Of a stretch of DNA of 64,000 bases, positions 54,141 to 62,791 are shown piece by piece. This stretch comes from Meyerozyma guilliermondii (taxonomy: Eukaryota). The DNA lies in NCBI GenBank assembly GCA_051546255.1, contig CP128815.1, forward strand, positions 186,001 through 250,000, written 5' to 3'. The notes under the pieces were generated by a model. It made no database searches. It saw only the letters and a program-made list of their open reading frames with translations, and was not told where the DNA came from. Made by a program: the position numbers and the translations under genes. Each line of letters opens with the position of its first letter. Positions within the stretch are counted from its first letter, which is position 1.

Positions 54141-54215
54141 TGTTTTACTATTTACACCCCACCCCAAAAAAATCTGGCTGAAGCTACTGCTTAGACTATA
54201 TAGTTTATGTCTATT

Positions 54216-55934
54216 TTATGACGGGTTAAAGGGAATCACCCCGTATCCTTGGATAATGGAGTCGTACATCGAAGGGTCCGATGAAGTTGCCGTGCCGTCT
54301 CTGCGAGTTTCGTAAAACATATCCATATCCTCTTCTTCATCATACGCTGGTTGTGCCTGAGACATCATTGAATAGTTAAATTGTGGAGTGGGCTGAGGTG
54401 TAGAGCTTCCTTGGTAATGTAGCGGGTGGTGAGCCGAGACTGGTTCCTGCGACACTTGACGTTGTTGCACCTCGGTCAAGTTTCTCATCGTTTCCCAGAA
54501 ATCAGGACCTTCTTCTATCTCTTCTTCCTCACTCGGTTCGTACTTCTGGCGCTTGTAGTGACCCCGGTCTGTTTGCAGCGAGCGCGCGAGAGAATTGTTG
54601 GTTCGAAGCTGGTCATTGGCTTCTACTGCTGATGCCATCTCTACTGCACGAGTTAGTGGAGTAAGATTGTCCTTTTGCTTATTATTGAGCAACCGATAAA
54701 GTCCCTGATCCCTCGTAGGATCAGGCGGAGATCGCATCTCACGTTGACCGAGAGCCGGCAGGGTATTGGAGGAATTGAGTTTGGGAACCTCAGTCAATGG
54801 CGGCAAATAGTTGAAATGCTGATGTCGCTTGACTTCCAGTTCATAATTGCGGCCGGTATCGACTGGATTTGAACCTATGGGTGAAAGCAGAAGATTGTCA
54901 AATTGGGGAGGTGAGATTTGGTTGAGAATATTGAGGTTCGGTATGGCCAGCCCTGACAAACCCACGTCTTGTGGAACCTGCGATGAGTAGTGGTGGTGAA
55001 TATGCTGATGCACCGTGATTTCCAAATGATGTGACTTTGCATAGGAAATTAATGCTTGAACCAATTGTTCATTTTTTATGGCTCCTCCATTTTCGTTATC
55101 AAAGAGTAAGCGATGAGGAAGCTCGGAATCAGCAGGTGTAGCTCGTGTCAGTTCCAACGAGTAACGCCAATCAATATTACTGGAAGCTGGTTTTGCTCCC
55201 AATGGCGGCGCCGGCGGTACAGTATTTTCTTTTCGAGGACGTGGTGGATCCATCTCACTTTTAGGAATAGGTCTGTCATCTTTCAAAGTATTATCGTTAC
55301 TCGTGATCGCCCTAACCTCTTCCTCCACATACGCATCGGCGGTGCCTCGCACTACATCAGTGACGATTTTACGCCATCGATTTCGACACGTGAGAGACGG
55401 ACGGCCCTTTAAGTCCAAACAAACTGTGCGCCACTTTGTTCCGTGTAACTTTACCTGTCGTATCAACTTAAGATCCTCTTCTCTACTCCATGGTCTCAAC
55501 CTATCTTTCGTTTCTGGATCCAATACTTCCAAGTACCGTTTTGCACATTGATCATCAGTCCGTCCAGGTATTTCTTTAGCCACCCTTTGCCAATTGGCAT
55601 CATATGTCTTGTAAGCATTGACTAACATATCATCTTCTTCTTTCGTCCATCTTCCCCTCCTCAAGCTGGGGTCCAATGAATTACACCAACGTTTTCTCAA
55701 ATCCTTTGGTTTCCGTAGTCCATCAGGAGAAAGCTGCTCGGCCAATGCATCCCATTTCACCGTTTCAGGGTCTAGTTGTGTGGTATCTGGATGCATTTGT
55801 CCTATCAAGTGGATCAAAGCTTCATCTTCTTGTCTTGTCCAAGGCTTTCTAGCACCTCTGCGGTGGGTCTGGAAACCCAACGACTCAGTTGCGGCCAAGG
55901 GATCGATGGGCTCGTATTTTTTCTTCATAGACAT
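54216..55934 (-). CDS. BAS1: Three-repeat Myb transcription factor of the purine/histidine regulon
   Basis: DPL..TESLGFQT.RR..RKPWT, RKPKDLRKRW..SLDP.LR.G.WT, GRTDDQCAKRY, GRPSLTCRNRWRKI. Confidence 0.9.
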   Translation of the reverse strand: MSMKKKYEPIDPLAATESLGFQTHRRGARKPWTRQEDEALIHLIGQMHPDTTQLDPETVKWDALAEQLSPDGLRKPKDLRKRWCNSLDPSLRRGRWTKEEDDMLVNAYKTYDANWQRVAKEIPGRTDDQCAKRYLEVLDPETKDRLRPWSREEDLKLIRQVKLHGTKWRTVCLDLKGRPSLTCRNRWRKIVTDVVRGTADAYVEEEVRAITSNDNTLKDDRPIPKSEMDPPRPRKENTVPPAPPLGAKPASSNIDWRYSLELTRATPADSELPHRLLFDNENGGAIKNEQLVQALISYAKSHHLEITVHQHIHHHYSSQVPQDVGLSGLAIPNLNILNQISPPQFDNLLLSPIGSNPVDTGRNYELEVKRHQHFNYLPPLTEVPKLNSSNTLPALGQREMRSPPDPTRDQGLYRLLNNKQKDNLTPLTRAVEMASAVEANDQLRTNNSLARSLQTDRGHYKRQKYEPSEEEEIEEGPDFWETMRNLTEVQQRQVSQEPVSAHHPLHYQGSSTPQPTPQFNYSMMSQAQPAYDEEEDMDMFYETRRDGTATSSDPSMYDSIIQGYGVIPFNPS

Positions 55935-55976
55935 GGTCGGAAACGAAGCTACAGGGGCTCTTGCAAAGTTGTTGAC

Positions 55977-56001
55977 CGCGAGTCAATTTCTGTGACTCGC
56001 G
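55977..56001. promoter_or_regulatory. Inverted pair of TGACTC (Bas1/Gcn4-type) sites
   Basis: CGCGAGTCA-N7-TGACTCGCG, a perfect 9-bp inverted repeat 43-67 nt upstream of the BAS1 ATG. Confidence 0.7.
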
Positions 56002-56040
56002 AGGGGCTTGCGATGCCCTTACCTAAGCGTTCGCGAAAGC

Positions 56041-57006
56041 TTACGCAGCGGTCTTCTGTAAAGTAGCCCTGTGGTTCTTATTCTTGATAAGACGAATCAA
56101 GTTACGAAGAAGCATGGCTATGGTCACCTTTCCGATCGATGGTACGTATAAGCCAGCCTTTTGCTTGACATCGTCGTTGAAATTTTTGTTCGATGAAAAG
56201 TTGATCACCACCGCACCATTGCGAACATAGTTGGTGGGGAACTTGTAGGACTCTGATGGCACTCCAGTAATGATCACATCACATTGAGGAGCCAAGGATT
56301 CCAAGGTATGTTCCTTCGAGTCCAAATCGATCACCTTGTGTCTTTGTTCCAGTAAATCGTCTCCGCGAGTGAACTGCTGGATATTATTGATATCTACCGA
56401 GTAGACAGTAGCACCATCATTAGCAAGTAGAGCTGCCAAGGGACGACCAACAATCTCCGACCGGTTGACAATAAGAACTTTTTTACCATAGAGTCTGTTC
56501 CCATAGTGGAGAATAATGTTGTATACGCCCAAATATTCCAAGATTTTCACCATTGCAAGTGGAGTACATGGTAAGATGGATTTCTGCTCGTTATAAGGTG
56601 GATCCAAGAATCGGACGTTATGGTAGAGGTTGTGGTAGTACATGAAGTTGAGCCCCTCCACATCCTTCTCGGTTGATATGAGTTGTTGAAGATACTGATC
56701 TTGGTTATCTCCAAACACTGGGAAATACACCATAATTCCATGAACATTATCGTCTTTATTCGCCTTCATCAACGCGCTTTCCAAGTCGTTCTTGTCCACC
56801 TGGACCAACTCGTACTCAAACCCAAGTCCCTCACACGTTTTGCCAGTCCAATTGGCATACATCTGAGCCGCGGGGTCTCCATTAGCGAGAAAGCCAACCA
56901 ACTTGGGTTTGAAACCTAGTTGTTGCACGCTGGCGGTGATTTCTTCTACGAACGGTTTAGCGATTGTTGAAGCTAGGATTGTTCTTCCGGCCGGCTTAGA
57001 TGACAT
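56041..57006 (-). CDS. MTD1: NAD-dependent methylenetetrahydrofolate dehydrogenase
   Basis: KPAGRTILAS, GIMVYFPVFG, KDVEGL, PCTPLA, NRSEIVGRPLAALLANDGA. ATG at 57006. Confidence 0.95.
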   Translation of the reverse strand: MSSKPAGRTILASTIAKPFVEEITASVQQLGFKPKLVGFLANGDPAAQMYANWTGKTCEGLGFEYELVQVDKNDLESALMKANKDDNVHGIMVYFPVFGDNQDQYLQQLISTEKDVEGLNFMYYHNLYHNVRFLDPPYNEQKSILPCTPLAMVKILEYLGVYNIILHYGNRLYGKKVLIVNRSEIVGRPLAALLANDGATVYSVDINNIQQFTRGDDLLEQRHKVIDLDSKEHTLESLAPQCDVIITGVPSESYKFPTNYVRNGAVVINFSSNKNFNDDVKQKAGLYVPSIGKVTIAMLLRNLIRLIKNKNHRATLQKTAA

Positions 57007-57168
57007 GTTGAATGTATAAAGTGGTTTTGCAGCGAATGCGGGCTGCGTGGGTCTTATATACCTTACGTAAATTAATGAATTACCTGCGATGACGATTGAC
57101 TCGGGTGAATGTGTGCAGGATGATAGACTGGCAATGAATTGAAGTGATTGACCCAAGTGTAGTATTCG

Positions 57169-58929
57169 TTAGCGCAAATGGGCGCTTGCATTTTTGTAGA
57201 GACTGTGCCAAATAAAAGCTTCACTGAGCATAAGTTCCACATCTCTTTCTGTCCATCCACTTGTTGGTGGGTTCTGCAAGAAGAGAATAATCTCTTGAAA
57301 TTCCTTGTGTTTGAGTTCATTACTAAACTTGATCAAGAATGCCGCACATACGTAAACATGGAAACTGTTGAACCCGAGTGGAGTCTCACTCAAGTATGTG
57401 TCCCACATTCTAATAATTAGCGGGATGGAAATTTCTCGCATGAGCAAGCAGTTCATCCACCGGAACGAGAACTGAAGGAACTCGATTCCTTCGCTATCGA
57501 AATGCTGTAGTAACTCCACATCAATCTTGGAGATCAAATTCCGCAAATCACCAACTTGCCGAATAATACCAGGTTGTTCATGAATGTAGTTGTCAGTAAT
57601 ATTGTCAAGAAGCCTTGACAAGCACCAGTATGTATCCGCCTCTATGATTAATGTAGCTCTACTGGAAAGCCTACCGGGATCAAAGGTATCTGCTGACAAC
57701 CTGGCCAATTGAGGGTCGTCCAAAATAGCCTTTTCGCATTCATCATTATCATCGAGCAAGTTGGGAATGAAGAGCTCCTCACCTTCTCCCGTTCTTTTCT
57801 TTTGTAATTGCCAAAGATAGTTTTGAAGAAAGATCTGATAGAAAGGAGTGACTAGATCATTTATACCTTGGACGTAACCACTCGCCGGGTGTCGAATGGC
57901 CCACAAAAATAAAACTTTTCTAAGCGACCGCTGAGTGGCTGGGTAGCCATAGAGTTTGATGGTGGGGTTAGTTCTCTTGACATCAATTTTGATCTGGTGG
58001 TATATTTGCTTATCGCGGTTCGAACTTGTGGTGGACGGGAGAGACAACTCGGAGCGAGACGCTTCAGCATTGGCATTTGCTGCGTCTTCGTCTAGGTCAA
58101 TATTGGACACTGTATTGATGCCCTCTGCGTATTCTTGACGTTTTCTTTTGAGTGTGGACTGCTGTCTTGAATGGTTGGTAGGCAAGTAGCCAAGGAGAAG
58201 TTGCCATGACAAAGCCCGTAGTTCCTGCGGAATCCCGTTCCACGAGAGTTTTCGAAGCTCAGTTAAGTCGATGTTTGCATCAGAAGTTAGCACCTTGTGA
58301 AACTTCATGTATTTACTGTTGAGTTGATTCAATCGACTCACTTCCATCTTCATCTTGAGATCCTCGTAGTCCATAGAGTCCTTGTCTGGTAGAGCCGGTT
58401 GCGACACCGGTATGAGGTCCGGATATAATGAATCAACCATTACTGGCATCTGATTGTCGTAGCGAGGGTTGCTATTTGAAAAGCTTTTTGTGGTCTTCGC
58501 CACGGGTGCCTCGTCCACCTTTTCCAAGTCTGCATCCCAGTCATCATCTAAGTCTTTGTACTTTAATTTTGTTGATTTCTTTAAGCTGGGATTTGAATTG
58601 GCGATAGACTGATTTGAGTACAAGGAGAGATTCTTCTCAGGCACACCCATGTGAGCATATGAGCTTCCTACCGGTCCTGAGACGGACCTACCAGACAGTC
58701 TTACCGATGAGCTGCTTCTTCGTTGCATAGATTGGGCAGGACCATAAGAAAGTTCTCCGTAAATGTTGCGATTGACATCGTCTTCAGCCTCGCCCGAACG
58801 AGTTGACGAGCCTGTAAGAGATAGATTCTTCAAAAAAGATGATAGATGTTTCCCACGGCCACCCCGCTCTCCAAATATGAACTCGTTGCTTCCATATACC
58901 TGGGACATCTCCTGCTTTTTTTTCCCCAT
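57169..58929 (-). CDS. GYP1: TBC-domain Rab GAP
   Basis: LSWNGIP, QIKIDVKRT, HPASGYVQGINDL, QFSFRWMNCLLMRE. Confidence 0.93.
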   Translation of the reverse strand: MGKKKQEMSQVYGSNEFIFGERGGRGKHLSSFLKNLSLTGSSTRSGEAEDDVNRNIYGELSYGPAQSMQRRSSSSVRLSGRSVSGPVGSSYAHMGVPEKNLSLYSNQSIANSNPSLKKSTKLKYKDLDDDWDADLEKVDEAPVAKTTKSFSNSNPRYDNQMPVMVDSLYPDLIPVSQPALPDKDSMDYEDLKMKMEVSRLNQLNSKYMKFHKVLTSDANIDLTELRKLSWNGIPQELRALSWQLLLGYLPTNHSRQQSTLKRKRQEYAEGINTVSNIDLDEDAANANAEASRSELSLPSTTSSNRDKQIYHQIKIDVKRTNPTIKLYGYPATQRSLRKVLFLWAIRHPASGYVQGINDLVTPFYQIFLQNYLWQLQKKRTGEGEELFIPNLLDDNDECEKAILDDPQLARLSADTFDPGRLSSRATLIIEADTYWCLSRLLDNITDNYIHEQPGIIRQVGDLRNLISKIDVELLQHFDSEGIEFLQFSFRWMNCLLMREISIPLIIRMWDTYLSETPLGFNSFHVYVCAAFLIKFSNELKHKEFQEIILFLQNPPTSGWTERDVELMLSEAFIWHSLYKNASAHLR

Positions 58930-59129
58930 GATTTGAAGACAACTATTCGAGAAATGCGAACTGTCAACACTGCGAAGTACGGCAGATGGTAGTAGAGTAC
59001 CAAGTATAGTAGAGTAAGCATAATGTAGAGTACAAACCATGGGTGAGAGTAAGCATGGAGGAAGTAGAGTAAAGCTGGAGTACGTTTTCTTGTCTTCTCC
59101 ATTATTTCTAATGTCTATTAGCTCGTCTA

Positions 59130-60761
59130 TTAAGCTTGAATCTCTCCCTTGACAGCGACAGATCCTTGTTTCAATTCACGACCAGAAACATGAAGAGTAC
59201 CATCGTGGGTGATATTGACAATCACTTCCAACTTGGAGTTGGGCTTGAGGTCTTTGATAGGAAGCTGGGCCAAAAGGGTTCCAGGAACATAAACGATTTC
59301 CTTCTTCACCTCGGGCTCTTCATCAGAGTAGTCGTCTTCCTCGTCGTCAGAGTACTTTTCGGCCTCAATTACGGTTTCCTTGACAGTTCTGTGGCCCTCG
59401 TAGAGGTCAATGACGACCGAAGTCGAAGATCCGTTGGTAACCTCGATCGATTTTTTGATAGGATAAGCGGTCTCTGCCACCAAAATTGGGGTAAAGTTAC
59501 CTTCAGCATCCTTGATACCAATAGACTTGGACAAGTGCTGGGTGTTGACCACAACAGGCTGCAAAGATTCTTTGATTTCCTCTTCGTCAAAAGATTCAAC
59601 CATCGACGCTTGCAAAGCAGCACCACGACAAACAAGCTCCTCTGGGTTCAATGCTTTAGAATCAAGAGCTGGAGATACAATCACGGTAGATTCTGGGAAA
59701 ACGAACGAAACATTCGAGGCCAACTTAGGAGTATGGGAAGTACCACCAACCAACAAGACTTCATCGATATCAAGGTTTTCAAGTCCAGCTTTCGTAACCA
59801 CCAGTTCTATGAAACTAGTCATATCTGACAACACCAGACGAGCGGTCAATTCGTATCTCAATCTGTTGATGGTGGTGTGGAAGTCGAAACCTTCAGCCAA
59901 CGAGTCAATGGAGCAGGTGGAGGTTTGGACGTTGGAAAGAGTTTTCTTAACAGTAATGGATTCTGCCTTGAGCTTGGCAAGAGATCTAGCGTTGGTTCTT
60001 GGGTTGGTCTTTTTCTTTTTTTCGAATTCCTTGGCGAAGTACTCAGCCAAGGCATCGTCTAATAAGTCTCCTCCCAATCCGTGCTTATGAGCCGTGGCTA
60101 AAATGGTGAACACTCCACCACGAGCAGCGATAACAGCGGCATCAGATCTGACACCACCAAAGTCAGCTACAACGTACAACTTGTCCTCGGTCAAACGAGA
60201 CTCCTCAGCAGATAAATGGGCCAACAACGCAGCAGATGGCTCATTGATCATTTGCAATACTTTCAACCCAGCATCATTAACAATCTTGGTCAACTCTTCC
60301 CTTTGGTGAGCATGGAAATCAGTAGGTACAGTGATCACAACACCCTCCACCTTCTTACCAATGTAGTCTTCAGCGGCAACTTTCATCTGCAACATATGTC
60401 TCTTGGTAGCTTCGGCCACAGTGACAGTTTCAATATTTCCGTTGTCTCTGGTGATTTGGTATCCAATCTTACCATCGTCAAGTTTGACAGCTGGAGCACC
60501 ATACTTCGAGCCACTGACATCGGCATCGTCAAAGTTCTTGCCAATCAAGTCACGGAAGTTGATGATTGTGTTTTTGGGGTTTCTGATGAGTTGAGCTTTG
60601 GCCTGAGCACCGTGATATTCGTCGGCACCAACATAACTTAATACAGAAGGAATGGCTCTATCACCATCAGGGTTTGCAATTACATCGACTTTTCCATCCT
60701 GAGTCGCAACAGCGATCGAGGAGGATGTATTACCAAAGGAGATACCAATTACAGCAGACAT
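59130..60761 (-). CDS. SSZ1: Atypical Hsp70 of the ribosome-associated complex
   Basis: VIGISFGNTSSSIA, IANPDGDRAIPS, ADFGGVRSDAA; lacks the C-terminal lid. Confidence 0.95.
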   Translation of the reverse strand: MSAVIGISFGNTSSSIAVATQDGKVDVIANPDGDRAIPSVLSYVGADEYHGAQAKAQLIRNPKNTIINFRDLIGKNFDDADVSGSKYGAPAVKLDDGKIGYQITRDNGNIETVTVAEATKRHMLQMKVAAEDYIGKKVEGVVITVPTDFHAHQREELTKIVNDAGLKVLQMINEPSAALLAHLSAEESRLTEDKLYVVADFGGVRSDAAVIAARGGVFTILATAHKHGLGGDLLDDALAEYFAKEFEKKKKTNPRTNARSLAKLKAESITVKKTLSNVQTSTCSIDSLAEGFDFHTTINRLRYELTARLVLSDMTSFIELVVTKAGLENLDIDEVLLVGGTSHTPKLASNVSFVFPESTVIVSPALDSKALNPEELVCRGAALQASMVESFDEEEIKESLQPVVVNTQHLSKSIGIKDAEGNFTPILVAETAYPIKKSIEVTNGSSTSVVIDLYEGHRTVKETVIEAEKYSDDEEDDYSDEEPEVKKEIVYVPGTLLAQLPIKDLKPNSKLEVIVNITHDGTLHVSGRELKQGSVAVKGEIQA

Positions 60762-60967
60762 GAAGAGAAATGAAAATTCCAAAAATTTTGTGATGCGACG
60801 CTTATGTCATCAAACCATCAACGAGGGTCGGCGCGGAAGGTATGAGCAAGAGGTAAGGGAGCGTGGGTTAGAGTGTGACAGAGGCATGATAGAGTTGCAA
60901 GTTTGTTGATGATAATTACTAGCTTCAAAATTTCTGTAGTGATAATTTTTAAGAGAGGAAAAAAAAC

Positions 60968-61039
60968 AGGTCGTACCCGGATTCGAACCGGGGTTGTTCG
61001 GATCAAAACCGAAAGTGATAACCACTACACTATACAACC
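60968..61039 (-). tRNA. tRNA-Gln (TTG)
   Basis: Reverse complement GGTTGTATAGTGTAGTGGTTATCACTTTCGGTTTTGATCCGAACAACCCCGGTTCGAATCCGGGTACGACCT, with a T-run downstream. Confidence 0.95.
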
Positions 61040-61287
61040 CGATCGTTGCCAAGGAAGTGCAACTACAATTCAAGAGGGTGCAGAGTCGTTAAACATAGTT
61101 TTTATAAACTGAAAAAGCTCGAATTTAAAGCCGTATATCTCAAACACCATATAAAGCGAGTACAATTCCAGACCAGATTCATCATCTCTTCGTGGTCCAT
61201 TCAGATATTTTTGGTTCCTGAATTCCGTCCTGCATGCACAGCCGCGCTACTCTACCGTTCCATTTCAATTCTTATTCTTTACCTCCC

Positions 61288-62727
61288 ATGACTCGACTTC
61301 AAAGTACCAAGAGAATACGTCTCGCGGTCATCTTGATATTCATCGTGGTGTCCTTTGGCTATATCGTTACTCGACAGCCTCCAACAACATCTGAAGATGC
61401 TCTGAACGTTGTCCAGGAGTATCTGAACAGAAAAATGGCACCTATAGCGATCAAAGGAGAGCCGAATAATAAGCAAAAAGAGTCCAAGAACGGAGCACTC
61501 AATAACAAGCTTAAGGGAAACAGTATACGGCCTCCTTTGAAGCAACAGGGTACACCACCTCAAGCCATTCCTCATACCGAAGATGAAGATCCCATAAATA
61601 ATCCTCATGGATTTCTTGGAGATATTAACGAGATAGACGATGATGAAGAAGAGCTCTTTAGTGGCATGTATGACAGTGCTGAGTCCGACGAGAAAGGTGT
61701 GAATCGACCAGGGGTACCCAAGAAGGGAAGCGCCAACCCTGCAAATCCGATCGTTACCGACGAAAAAGACTTTGCAGAAGTTCCTCAAGATTTTGCCAGT
61801 ATAGACATTACTCCGATGACATTCAGAATATACTCTCACAACGTGAGAAATGGCGGAAGAGATATCTTGGACCCTGGGGAGGAATCATGGCTCAAGAGAT
61901 ACCGCAAGATTACTGCATCCATAAAGTTCAACTCTCAGCTCAATACTGTGGTAGCTCTTCAAGAAGTCTACAAATTTCAACTTGATGATATTATGAGAGA
62001 CTTAAATCGTTATTCTCCACCTGAAGAGCCCGAGTGGGAAGCGTACGGTGTTGGAAGAATCGACGGCGACCAATTAGGTGAGTTTGTCCCCATTTTATTC
62101 AAAACATCAGAATGGGAAATGGTGTTTTACGATAGTATATGGCTCAACGAAGATAACCCACGGATGGCTCTCGAAGGCTGGGATGCAAAATACTTGAGAA
62201 TCGTATCCTATGTTACTTTGAAGCATGTATCAGGAAACTACATCAATGTTTTCAACACCCATCTCGACCATATGGGAGAGTTGTCCAAGCAAGGACTGGC
62301 ACAAATCATTTTGGACAAGATGAACTCTATAAATCAGTGGCCCTCTTTCTTGTGTGGAGACCTCAATACTGAACCTAATGAGAAAGCATATCAAATCATT
62401 ACCGAACAATTTCGTAACCTGGCGAAGTTAACCACGGCTTTTAACAAGTATGGCCATTCCAAGTCTACTGTCACTGGATTCGAAGGAGAAGTACTCCTCA
62501 ATGGCGGCCAGAATATAGACTACATCTTCGCTCCAAGTTATACAGCGAAGCTTGGGGAGACGGTGCTATGCGACAAGTTGACTACTTCGCCTCCTTCGGA
62601 ACGATACTTGGACCTTCGCTTGAAGAGTTTTGGCATGCTTCACTCTAAATTCAACGGACTTTACATGAGTGATCACCGGCCCATAGTTGCTGACTTTACG
62701 TTGAAGAATAAGTGTAAGGGGAAGTGA
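61288..62727 (+). CDS. EEP phosphoesterase with N-terminal TM anchor and stem, paralogue of 39772-40866
   Basis: SHNVR, LQE, GEFVPI, GWDA, NTHLDH, GDLN, IDY, YMSDHRP. Confidence 0.9.
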   Translation: MTRLQSTKRIRLAVILIFIVVSFGYIVTRQPPTTSEDALNVVQEYLNRKMAPIAIKGEPNNKQKESKNGALNNKLKGNSIRPPLKQQGTPPQAIPHTEDEDPINNPHGFLGDINEIDDDEEELFSGMYDSAESDEKGVNRPGVPKKGSANPANPIVTDEKDFAEVPQDFASIDITPMTFRIYSHNVRNGGRDILDPGEESWLKRYRKITASIKFNSQLNTVVALQEVYKFQLDDIMRDLNRYSPPEEPEWEAYGVGRIDGDQLGEFVPILFKTSEWEMVFYDSIWLNEDNPRMALEGWDAKYLRIVSYVTLKHVSGNYINVFNTHLDHMGELSKQGLAQIILDKMNSINQWPSFLCGDLNTEPNEKAYQIITEQFRNLAKLTTAFNKYGHSKSTVTGFEGEVLLNGGQNIDYIFAPSYTAKLGETVLCDKLTTSPPSERYLDLRLKSFGMLHSKFNGLYMSDHRPIVADFTLKNKCKGK

Positions 62728-62791
62728 TAATAGAACGAGTGTACATTATGCTACCAGTAGCACTTCTATATAGCCATTTCATGGATAAATT

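Noticed and set aside
53400..54200. Centromere or mitochondrial insertion as the explanation for the AT-rich patch
   Set aside because: It is too short for a regional centromere GC trough and I recognise no mitochondrial gene motif. Not fully excluded without a search.
58990..59085. CRISPR-like array
   Set aside because: Eukaryotic context, repeats of only 6-12 nt with tiny spacers, and no cas genes.
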